Shown: piece after piece, positions 9,642-19,300 of the stretch
Numbering within the stretch: position 1 is the first letter of the stretch
Layout: every line of letters begins with the position of its first letter
Assembly: GCA_934149245.1 (NCBI GenBank)
Contig: CAKPER010000001.1
Coordinates: 35,236 to 99,235 of the forward strand
Source of the DNA: an uncultured Bacilli bacterium
GTDB lineage: Bacteria > Bacillota_I > Bacilli_A > RF39 > UBA660
Direction: 5' to 3'
DNA: 64,000 nt
Made by a program: the position numbers and the translations under genes
Notes under the pieces: generated by a model
Seen by the model: the letters and a program-made list of their open reading frames with translations, nothing else
Told to the model about the DNA's origin: nothing
The model's database searches: none

Positions 9642-11400
9642 CTTTCTGTCTCCTTTTATTATTTTCTTCCTGAAGTTTTTTGAAGTCGACTTTACCTACT
9701 ATTGTTTTAGGTAGAGATTTTCTAAATTCATATTCGTATACTTGAGAATATTTAGGAAGATTTTTTTTGCATAGTGCTTTTAATTCTTCTATTAATTCAT
9801 CACTTTGCTTATATCCTTTATTTAAGACTATGAAGGCTTTAGGAACTTCCATTTTATATTTATGAGATATTCCTACTACACTGCATAACATTACTGCTTC
9901 ATGTGATTCTAGGAGTTGCTCTATTTGATTAGGATAAACATTATATCCAGATGAGATAATTAATCTTTTTAATCTACTGGTATATTTAATGAAACCATCT
10001 TTATCCATTGTTCCAAGATCACCAGAATGAAGCCAAATGTTACCGTCATCATGGATATGAAGAGCTAGATTTGTTTCTTTAATGTTATTGTAATATCCTA
10101 GCATTACATTAGGACCACTTATACATATTTCACCTTCCTCGCCGTAAGGAACTTCCTCATCCTCTGGTGAAAAGATACCTATATAACAGCCTGGGAACGG
10201 AATACCTACAGAAGAAGTTTTAGGAATGCTCTTTAATCCTAAGCAAACTGCGGCTAAAGATTCACTCATTCCATATCCTTGCAATATTCTTGTATTAGCT
10301 CCATGCTCATGAAGAAAGGTATTAATCTTATTCTCCATTGAGGCTTTTAAAGTGTCACCTCCTGATATTACATATTTTAAATAGCTTAATTCTAAAGATT
10401 TGCTATTAGGATTTTTCATTAGAGCTTCAAATAAAGTTGGTACACCTATTACAAATTCTGGTTTATGTTTATTTAATAATTTATCAAATTCCATACCATT
10501 AAATTTAGGAAGTAATATAACTTCAGCTCCTAAACACAAAGGAGTGTAGACACAGACTCCTAGACCAAAGCCGTGAAAAATTGGCATAATGGCTAGACAT
10601 TTATCACCGATAGTTAATTCGTCAAAGACAATTCTTGATTGTTCTACTAGAGTAATAAAGTTGCCGTTAGATAAAACTATAGCTTTAGGGGTTCCAGTTG
10701 AACCTCCACTATGAATCATAACAGCTGGATTATTTTTAAGGCCATGTTTTTTAGGTGGGATTGGTCTTGTAAAATCAGTATTTTTGGGTTCTTTAATGAA
10801 ATCATTCCAAGTAGAATAAAGATTTATTTTCTTTGGTATTTTATATTTATATCCTTCTTTTAAATGGTAAGCAACATTCATTGGGAAAGGCATAGAATTT
10901 CCTGGAGATACTACTACTACTTTTAAAACTTCAGTGTCTTTAATTATTGCTCTTACTTTATCCAAATCAAGATCAACTGTTACTATCATAATGCTTTTAG
11001 TTTCTACTAAAGTATTTTTTATCTCGTTTTCACTAGATAAGGGGTGAATCATATTACAAATTGCTCCTAATTTATTTAGGGCTAGAAAGGATATTACTCC
11101 TTCTGGGGTATTAGGCATACAAATTGTTACTACGTCTCCATATCTTATACCATAATATTTAAAACTCATTGCACATTCATCTACTTTATTTAAAAGGCTT
11201 TGATAAGTTATTCTTGTACCATAATAATTTATGGCACATTTACTTGAATATTTATAGCTATTTTCCTTAAAATTTTCATATAAAGAAGTATCTGGTATGT
11301 CTAAATCCATCTCTTTAGGCGAATAATATTTGCTCCAAGGAGCATTAGGTTTCTTTTTAAAACCTAAGAATCTAAAAAATTTCATATTAAATATTCCCAT
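9625..11400 (-). CDS. AMP-dependent acyl-CoA/acyl-ACP synthetase (long-chain fatty acid ligase, FadD/Aas C-domain-like)
   Basis: 591 aa; AMP-binding signature IHSGGSTGTPKA, plus later GYGMSE and GDLG motifs. Overlaps both flanking acyltransferase genes, so operon. Confidence 0.8.
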   Translation of the reverse strand: MGIFNMKFFRFLGFKKKPNAPWSKYYSPKEMDLDIPDTSLYENFKENSYKYSSKCAINYYGTRITYQSLLNKVDECAMSFKYYGIRYGDVVTICMPNTPEGVISFLALNKLGAICNMIHPLSSENEIKNTLVETKSIMIVTVDLDLDKVRAIIKDTEVLKVVVVSPGNSMPFPMNVAYHLKEGYKYKIPKKINLYSTWNDFIKEPKNTDFTRPIPPKKHGLKNNPAVMIHSGGSTGTPKAIVLSNGNFITLVEQSRIVFDELTIGDKCLAIMPIFHGFGLGVCVYTPLCLGAEVILLPKFNGMEFDKLLNKHKPEFVIGVPTLFEALMKNPNSKSLELSYLKYVISGGDTLKASMENKINTFLHEHGANTRILQGYGMSESLAAVCLGLKSIPKTSSVGIPFPGCYIGIFSPEDEEVPYGEEGEICISGPNVMLGYYNNIKETNLALHIHDDGNIWLHSGDLGTMDKDGFIKYTSRLKRLIISSGYNVYPNQIEQLLESHEAVMLCSVVGISHKYKMEVPKAFIVLNKGYKQSDELIEELKALCKKNLPKYSQVYEYEFRKSLPKTIVGKVDFKKLQEENNKRRQKDEKEN

Positions 11401-11403
11401 ATT

Positions 11404-12021
11404 TTACCTACTTTCTTTTTTACTTAATTCACTACTAATTATATTCATTAGTTTGTTATTTTCACAAGTTAAATCGTTATTTTTAGTATTTATTTTATAA
11501 GGTTTATAAAATTCGATTATAACACTTTTTCGAAATAGTTTATATTTATTTTTTATAGTAAATGGTACTAAGCTAGCATTAGTTTCACTAGCCATCTTTA
11601 CAGCCCCTATTTTAAAGGGCATGATGATATCTTTGGTTTTGTTTATAGTACCTTCAGGAAATATGCCTATTAGAGCATCTTTATTTAGGACGTCAATAGC
11701 CTTATTTAAAGCATTTTTATCGTGGATACTTCTATTTACAGGTATTATTCCCATGTTGGTAAATATAGGCTTTTTGATTCCTTTAATTAGGCTATCTTTT
11801 GCTAAAAAATGGATAGTTCTTTGGGTTGACGATATTAATAATAAACAATCTAAGTTGCTAGTATGGTTTCCTACTAAAATACATCTTTTTTCTTTTGGAA
11901 TGTTATTTAGTCCTTTGTAGGTTGGTCTAAAAGTTATATCAAAGAGAAACTTAATTATTGGTCTAGTTATTTTATATAAAATTGGTTCTTTCAAATTTAT
12001 CCTTCTTTCTTTAAATATCAA
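11404..12021 (-). CDS. PlsC-like lysophospholipid acyltransferase (second paralog)
   Basis: 205 aa; GNHTSNLDCLLL (HxxxxD) and IFPEGTINKTKD motifs. Confidence 0.75.
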   Translation of the reverse strand: MIFKERRINLKEPILYKITRPIIKFLFDITFRPTYKGLNNIPKEKRCILVGNHTSNLDCLLLISSTQRTIHFLAKDSLIKGIKKPIFTNMGIIPVNRSIHDKNALNKAIDVLNKDALIGIFPEGTINKTKDIIMPFKIGAVKMASETNASLVPFTIKNKYKLFRKSVIIEFYKPYKINTKNNDLTCENNKLMNIISSELSKKESR

Positions 12022-12154
12022 GTTAATGATATCATATTTATACTAGTTTGGCAATTAACACATATATAAATTTAGGAGTAGCGATAGTTATTATTTTTAG
12101 TAAAATAAAAGATTTTTTTTAATATTACATTAGTAGTAAACTTTATAAATTTTT

Positions 12155-12193
12155 AGAAAAAAAGAAAAAACACTTAAATTAATTAAATGTTTT
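12155..12193 (-). terminator. Rho-independent terminator after the deacetylase gene
   Basis: Minus-strand hairpin AAAACA-TTAA / TTAA-TGTTTT with one mismatch, followed by a TTCTTTTTTTC run. Confidence 0.4.
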
Positions 12194-13626
12194 TAATTAT
12201 TAATACGATGGACAATTTGAGGAGTATCTAGGGTTATATTAGAAAATTGATAACCGTTAGATTTTCCATATTTAATGATTGCTCTTAGAGCATTTAAGGT
12301 ATAATAGTTATTTTCAAAATCGTGCATTAGGACCATATTTACTCTATTATGTTTTAAATTATTTATAACATTGTTATATACCTCATTACTCGAGTGAACA
12401 CCACCAGCATCTTCTGATGAAATGTTCCAGTCGTAATATTTATAGCCTTTTTTTCCTACTTCACTAGCTAAATAACTCATAACACCACTTGTATATCTTT
12501 TACTTATAGTATTAGAACTCCCTCCAGGAAATCTTATAATTTTACTATTAATACCAATAATATTTTTTACTTTATTAGACATTTTTTCAAGATCATCTAT
12601 GTAAGCATTATTACTTGAATATATTGTTTGATAGTTATGAGTGTAACTGTGAAGGCCTACAGTATGTCCCTCATCATATTCTCTTTTTATTAAGTAATTT
12701 AAACTATCATCATGATTTATTACAAAGAATGTAGCTTTGATGTCTTCAGACTTTAAAATATCTAAAATTTGACTAGTTACGGTTTTGCTTGGCCCATCAT
12801 CAAAGGTTAGATAGATGACACTATTGGTTGTTGTATTGTTGACCATTACGTTTATTGTTCTCTCAACAGCAGTTACATTACCACTACTATCACTTACTTT
12901 ATAAGTTATTTTATATATACCAATTTTAGAAGTATCAACAGAGCCACTTACTTCTACTTTACTAGTTAAATTACCATCACAGTTATCTAGAGCTTCGTAG
13001 CCAGGATCTCTAAAAGTAGAATTTAGATAAAGATTCATATAATTATAACCATTTAATTTAATAATTGGAGCTTCTTTATCTTCTCTTATTAACTCTCTTG
13101 TTTTAACTGTTCTATTGCCAAAAGTATCTTCAACAATATAATTAATTTTATCTTTTTCAAGGTTAGTTATTACTTTTTTAGTTAAGTTGCCATCATAATT
13201 ATCAAATGCTTCATAGCCTTCTTCTTTGTATGAATCATTTGGACATAACCTTACTTCCTTACTACCAATTAATTTTAATGTTGGAGGTTTACTATCAATT
13301 ACTTTTACGGTTCTTGTTTTTTTTACATCAAAAATTAAATATTTTATTTTATAATTTACTTGATAAGAACCAATTTTTTTAGGATTAATATTATTTGATA
13401 CTTCTACATTATTAGTTATATCTTTATTTAAAACATAGGATTTATATCCTGGTTCAGTATAGCCTTTATTGACTTCAATTGTCATATCTTTATTATTTGT
13501 TAAATATAGTTTAGGTGTTAATACTATGCAAGCTATGAATGTTATTAGGGCTATTATTCCTAAAACTATAATGGCAATTATTATTATTTTTTTATGTTTG
13601 TTTTTCAGTTTGTACTTCCTGTTCAT
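12193..13626 (-). CDS. Membrane-anchored polysaccharide deacetylase (NodB-homology domain) with two Ig-like domains
   Basis: 477 aa; N-terminal TM; two repeated ~90-aa Ig-like segments (LIGSKEVRLCPNDSYKEEGYEAFDNYDGNLT / LNGYNYMNLYLNSTFRDPGYEALDNCDGNLT); NodB motifs IYLTFDDGP and GHTVGLHSYTH. Confidence 0.75.
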   Translation of the reverse strand: MNRKYKLKNKHKKIIIIAIIVLGIIALITFIACIVLTPKLYLTNNKDMTIEVNKGYTEPGYKSYVLNKDITNNVEVSNNINPKKIGSYQVNYKIKYLIFDVKKTRTVKVIDSKPPTLKLIGSKEVRLCPNDSYKEEGYEAFDNYDGNLTKKVITNLEKDKINYIVEDTFGNRTVKTRELIREDKEAPIIKLNGYNYMNLYLNSTFRDPGYEALDNCDGNLTSKVEVSGSVDTSKIGIYKITYKVSDSSGNVTAVERTINVMVNNTTTNSVIYLTFDDGPSKTVTSQILDILKSEDIKATFFVINHDDSLNYLIKREYDEGHTVGLHSYTHNYQTIYSSNNAYIDDLEKMSNKVKNIIGINSKIIRFPGGSSNTISKRYTSGVMSYLASEVGKKGYKYYDWNISSEDAGGVHSSNEVYNNVINNLKHNRVNMVLMHDFENNYYTLNALRAIIKYGKSNGYQFSNITLDTPQIVHRINN

Positions 13627-13785
13627 ATTTTATCACTACCCATACATATTATTTTATCATATTTTTTTGTTTTAGCAAGTTAATTATACTTAGATTTACA
13701 CTAATAGTATGGACGAAATATTATAAAAAAATAATAATAAAAGCATGTAGAAATAATTTAAAAACAAAATAATTCTACATGCTTA

Positions 13786-14028
13786 TTATTCTAGATTATT
13801 TTTACAATCAACTAATATTATGTCATCACCTATTTTTATTATTTGGTTCCATAGCAAATTTATGTTTTCTTTATTACTATTAAATAATCTTCTATTTGGT
13901 TTTCTATCTTCTAGAAGTAATTTTGCAACCATGCCTTTTCTATCTATTATAACATCTATGATGTTGCCTATTCTTCTGCCTGTTGCTATATCTATGATTT
14001 CTTTATCTTGTAGTTCTGATAAATTCAT
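13786..14028 (-). CDS. ylmC: YlmC/YmxH-family sporulation protein (PRC-barrel)
   Basis: 80 aa; MNLSELQDKEIIDIATGRRIGNIIDVIIDRKG is the conserved YlmC/YmxH signature. Confidence 0.8.
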   Translation of the reverse strand: MNLSELQDKEIIDIATGRRIGNIIDVIIDRKGMVAKLLLEDRKPNRRLFNSNKENINLLWNQIIKIGDDIILVDCKNNLE

Positions 14029-14075
14029 ATAACCACCTAATAAATTATATTAGATTTTTTTAAATATAGAATTAT

Positions 14076-16268
14076 TTATAAATGATTAGGATTTATATCT
14101 ATTTCAACATTAACTTTACTATTTTGTTTGTAGTGATTATCTAGTTTTAGAAGAGTTTCTTTTAGTTTAGGATCTTGTTTGTATTTGATAATACACTGTT
14201 GTTTATAGATGTTATTTATTCTGAAAATATTGGCCATTGCTGGTCCTAAGACAAATGTTTGGCTACTTAGATTATTTTTTAAGAAGTCACCTACTTTTTT
14301 GGCTTCTGTAAAGCTTAAGTTATAGTCTTTAGTGCTTATAGTTACTAGTATTATGTAGTAATAAGGGCTATAATTTAATTTTTTTCTTAATTTCATTTCT
14401 TCTAAATAAAAGGCTGGATAGTTATGTTTGCTGGCTAAGACTATACTATAGTGATTATTGTTATAGGTTTGAATTATTACTTCTCCCTTATGTTCAGCAC
14501 GACCAGCCCGGCCAGCTACTTGAGATAATAATTGAAAAGTTCTTTCACTGCTTCTATAGTCTGGAATATTTAGACTAGCATCAGCGTTTAAAACTCCTAC
14601 CAGGGTTACTAGAGGAAAATCTAGACCTTTAGCAATCATTTGCGTACCTACTAAAATGTCATACTTATGGTTGGCAAAATCATCTATTATTTTTTGATGA
14701 GATCCTTTTTTAGAAGTTGTATCAATATCCATTCTTACTATTTTAGCACTATATTTTTTATTTAACTCCTCTTCTAATTTTTCTGTACCTAAACCAAATT
14801 CTTTTAAATCAGTATTACCACAACTAGGACATTTTGTATATTTGGGGGTTGCGTAACCACAATAATGACACCTTAACATATTGCTTGTTTTGTGATAAGT
14901 TAGGCTAATATCACAATTATGACACTTGGCTGTTTCACCACAATTATTACAAGTTAAGATAGAAGAATAACCACGTCTATTTAAAAGAAGGATTATTTGT
15001 TCTCTGTTTTTCAATTTTTCTTTTATTTTAGTATCTAATAGATGTGATATTATAAAATTTCCTTTTTTTATTTCTTCTTTCATATCTATAATAGATACTT
15101 TTGGTAAGTTGCCTGCTCCTGCTCTTTTGGTTAGCGTTAATAAAGTATAGACCTTATTACAAGCTCTAGCCATACTTTCTAAAGAAGGAGTGGCACTTCC
15201 TAATAAGACAGGACAGTTATGATATTTACTACGCATAATGGCTATATCTTTAGCATCATAGCGAGGATGATTATCTTGTTTGTATGTTTGAGTATGTTCT
15301 TCATCTATAATTATGATACCTATGTTCTTTAGAGGCGCAAATATAGCACTTCTAGCTCCTATTACAATTTTGACTTTAGAGGCCATTATTTTTCTATATT
15401 CATCATATTTTTCAGAATCACTAAGTCCAGAATGAAGAATAGCAATAATATTTCCAAATCTAGAGCTAAATCTTTCTACTATTTGAGGAGTTAAACTAAT
15501 CTCTGGTACTAACATAATAGCTGTTTTATTATTATCAACTACTTTTTTTATAATATTCATGTATACCTCTGTTTTACCAGATCCAGTTATGCCATAAAGT
15601 AAGAATGTTTTAGAAGTACCAAAGCTTTTGGATACAGAATCAACAACTTGTTGCTGGTATTTATTTAAAGTAACAATTTTATCTTCTTTCTTATTATCAT
15701 AGCAGTAACGATACTTTTCTATTTCTTCTAGCTTTATTAAATTATGTTTTAGGAGTGTTTTAATGGTACTATCTTGTCTTGTTATTTTTATTTTATCTTT
15801 ATCTAATAGAGAATTTAAAATATCTATTTGTTTAGGATATTTACAAGTTGCAAGATAATTTTTTATAAATTGTTTATCTTGAGCTAGGCTTATATACTTA
15901 TCTTTTTTTATATTAATAGAAGTTTTATGGCTAGCTTTTAGAGCTTTAGGTAACATTACTTGATAAGCACTTATTTTAGAGCAAAGAGTTTTTTCACTAA
16001 TAAATTTACCAAGCTTTAACATTTCTTCATTTAGTATGGGTTCTTCATCTACTAAAGTTGTTATTTCTTTTAATTCATAGGCATTGTTATCGACTGGTGA
16101 TAAAAGATTAGTTACAAATCCTTCAAGATGTTGGTGGCCAAATGGTACTTTTACTCTTGCTCCTACTTTTATTTTATCTTGAATTTTTGGAGGAACAAGA
16201 TAATCAAAAGTTTTATCAACGCTTTTTGCTCCTACTTCTACTATTACTTTTGCAACCATAATAATCAC
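14076..16268 (-). CDS. priA: Primosomal protein N' (PriA helicase)
   Basis: 730 aa; Walker A GITGSGKTEVY; DEEH box (IIIDEEHTQTYKQ); Cys4 zinc-binding insertion (CNNCGETAKCHNCD...CHYCGY...CPSCG). Confidence 0.9.
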   Translation of the reverse strand: MIIMVAKVIVEVGAKSVDKTFDYLVPPKIQDKIKVGARVKVPFGHQHLEGFVTNLLSPVDNNAYELKEITTLVDEEPILNEEMLKLGKFISEKTLCSKISAYQVMLPKALKASHKTSINIKKDKYISLAQDKQFIKNYLATCKYPKQIDILNSLLDKDKIKITRQDSTIKTLLKHNLIKLEEIEKYRYCYDNKKEDKIVTLNKYQQQVVDSVSKSFGTSKTFLLYGITGSGKTEVYMNIIKKVVDNNKTAIMLVPEISLTPQIVERFSSRFGNIIAILHSGLSDSEKYDEYRKIMASKVKIVIGARSAIFAPLKNIGIIIIDEEHTQTYKQDNHPRYDAKDIAIMRSKYHNCPVLLGSATPSLESMARACNKVYTLLTLTKRAGAGNLPKVSIIDMKEEIKKGNFIISHLLDTKIKEKLKNREQIILLLNRRGYSSILTCNNCGETAKCHNCDISLTYHKTSNMLRCHYCGYATPKYTKCPSCGNTDLKEFGLGTEKLEEELNKKYSAKIVRMDIDTTSKKGSHQKIIDDFANHKYDILVGTQMIAKGLDFPLVTLVGVLNADASLNIPDYRSSERTFQLLSQVAGRAGRAEHKGEVIIQTYNNNHYSIVLASKHNYPAFYLEEMKLRKKLNYSPYYYIILVTISTKDYNLSFTEAKKVGDFLKNNLSSQTFVLGPAMANIFRINNIYKQQCIIKYKQDPKLKETLLKLDNHYKQNSKVNVEIDINPNHL

Positions 16269-16333
16269 CTCCAGAATTTCTGATATTATAGCATTTATTT
16301 AATTATTCAAAATAATAATTTACTATAAGTTTT

Positions 16334-19300
16334 TTATTTGCTTTTGTTATGTTTTTGCTTTTTATAATAATCTAGATGTTTTTTTAGAACGTCAACCATT
16401 TTATAATAGCCAGTCTCATTCATATTATTAGATACAAATTCATAGTAATTATAAGTAATATCTCCATATTTTTGAGGTTCATGGTTTTCTCCAAAATCCC
16501 ATATTTTATAATCTTTCTTAAATTCAGAGAATGGCTTTATATTACCATCACTTTCTAGAGCATATTTTAAAAATTCTTGACATGCCTTAGTAAACGAGCC
16601 ACCATTTTGTAGTATCCAGTTTTCTACTCCTATACCACTTAAACCACCTTCTGGTACTAGTGAATTTTTTTGCTTATAAGCATTAGCTTCTTTTAGGAGC
16701 TTTTTAGCATAGATAATATTAGCAATTACTAGTGGATATTCTTTGGGATATTGTTTTTTGATAGAGTTTAATCTATCATTTAAAGCCATTTCTGATGAAT
16801 ACTCGACATTACTACGTTTTTGGGCTAGTGATATATCAAGATCAAAATCTTCTTCTATAGAATCTACTTTTATATTCATACCTCGAAAACGGTTATCATG
16901 GGATAAGTTATCTTTAGGATTTAAGATTTTTTTAAATTTATCTAAAAGTGTATGCTCATGTTTTGTTAATTCATTTTTTCCTATTTTTAACATATAATCA
17001 TAATCAGCGTCATTTAAAACATTAGTACCTCTAGAGGTAGAACCAGTTGGAATAAGTTCTAAAATATTACTAGATAAATCATTAGTAATAGTTGGCTCAA
17101 TTTTAAGATTAGGAATTTGGTTAAATTCTAATGTTAATATTTCTTTTATGATAGTCTCAATTACGTTTTGATTATGTTTTTGTTTTTTATTATCTTCGTC
17201 CATTTCTAATAAAATATCTTCTAACTTGTCAAAATAAATAGTATCATCAAGGATATATTTTTCTTTGTCATAATATGATAGTCCAGCCATATGAGAAGCA
17301 ATTTTTTCATATTCTTCAGGAGTAAATATTAAATTACCACTTAAATCAATTACAGGAATATAAAAGCCTTTTTTTACTATTTCAACTTTTAGAGCTGATA
17401 AATCATCTAAGTCGTTATCTTTACTATCACTTTCTAAATAATTTACGCTACCATCTTCTTTGTAAGGGTTATTTGGATCTATTTGTTTATTTTTCTTATA
17501 AATTATATAGTCTATATCAGATGATGCTATTCCAGTTCTTGCTCCCCAATGAGAGTTAAATCCTCCTTTTATAGTTTCAGAACAAAACATTTCTATTTTT
17601 TTAGGATCATATGGAACACCATCTTTGATAGCCTCATCACGAGTTATAGATATCCTAGGGTTATCTTTTTCTAAGACAAAGAAAATATTACCAAAGCCCC
17701 AACCGGTCGGAGTTCCGTTAATTGCATCATATACAGTCTTGGATTTTGCTACTTTAGTAAAGTCAGCATCTAGCTCGGTTGTGTCTGAGATGCTTTTACC
17801 TGTTATTGGTCCTAGATATTCGTTACATAAATTTCCCTCATCCAAAGAACTACCAAAGGCTTCTATAGTACCTATACATCTTAAAAAGTCCCCTTCTGCT
17901 GGAATTGTTTTCTTGTGTCTCATCTTTTCAGCTTTTAAATAATTCTTTTTATTAGTTTTATCAACATTATCTTCCATTAGATTTTTTAATTCATTAAATG
18001 ATTTTATTCCTAAAAAGTAGGCAAAATGTCTAACTATTCTATCTGGTAAGTCGTATCTATTTGTTACTTTAAACTTTTCTCTAAAATAAGTTATTTGTTC
18101 TTTTAAATCTAAGTCAGAGAGATCTTGCTCTTCTTCGTCATCTTCAAGTGGATTTATGTTTTCAGATAAAGCTTTTAGATGAGCAGTAAATGTTTTTAGT
18201 GTGTTTTTATCTTGAATAGATAAGTCTTCTAATTTTAAGTTATTATTAATTAAAGATAAATAAATATTATTACCCTTCTCTATATTTGCTAAATAATTTT
18301 TTAGAGAACGATTATTAGAATAAATTGCTATTCTTAGTAAATCATTATAAATTATTTGAAATCTCATATTTGTTTTGTTCTTTAATTCTCGCGATAGTTT
18401 CTGCATAGCTTTATTATTGGGATTAGCTTTAATTAATTCAGGAGACATTCTACTATCTGGACTGAAATCAAAAGTTCCATCTGTTAATTTTTGTGAAAGA
18501 TCAGGATACAGAATTCTAAAACACTTAAATATTTTACTAAACATTGGAATGTTATTTCTTATAAAAACATTTTCTATTTTATCTAAGCTGGCAATAGGAT
18601 TTTTAGTTTTTAATATTAATCTAGCAAAATTTGTTCGGTAATTATATAACTCTTGAGAGTTTGTTTTAGATAATTTATTTAAAACTTCGGCTATATAATC
18701 TATTTTATTTACATCAATATTATAATTAGTATTTATAATGTAATTTTTAAATTCTTCTTTTAGGCTGTTATCTTTTAGGTTTAGGTAGTTTTCTAATACT
18801 TTTAATCTAGAGTAATTAGCTTTTTTCTGATTTTTATCTTTTGCAAATAGTGGTATCAGCCATGATAGTTTTTGATCTAGGCCACAAATTATATTAGCAT
18901 CATCTATCATATCAACTAAAGATAAGTTGGTTGCAAAATCATTAAATTTAAACTGTCTATTATAAAATTTTTCTTTAATATCATCTGGTACTTTAGCCTC
19001 TAAAAATAGCATCGAATGTTTTTCACGAAATTCTTTTCTAATATTATCATTATATGTAATTCTTCCATCTATTATAGCTTTATAAATACTTTCGTCTAAG
19101 GTGTTTAAGAGGGATTTTGAGGTGATATTTTTAGCACTACTTAAATTTAGCGTAGTGAAATTTGCTATTTTTTCTAAATGATTTCCGTACGACAAAATAG
19201 TCTGAAAAGTAGATTCTTTAAAATGACTTTTCATAAGTGAAATTAAATTAACATATTTTTTTGTAGCTTCATCAAAAACTGGAAGGTGCTTAAAAAGAAT

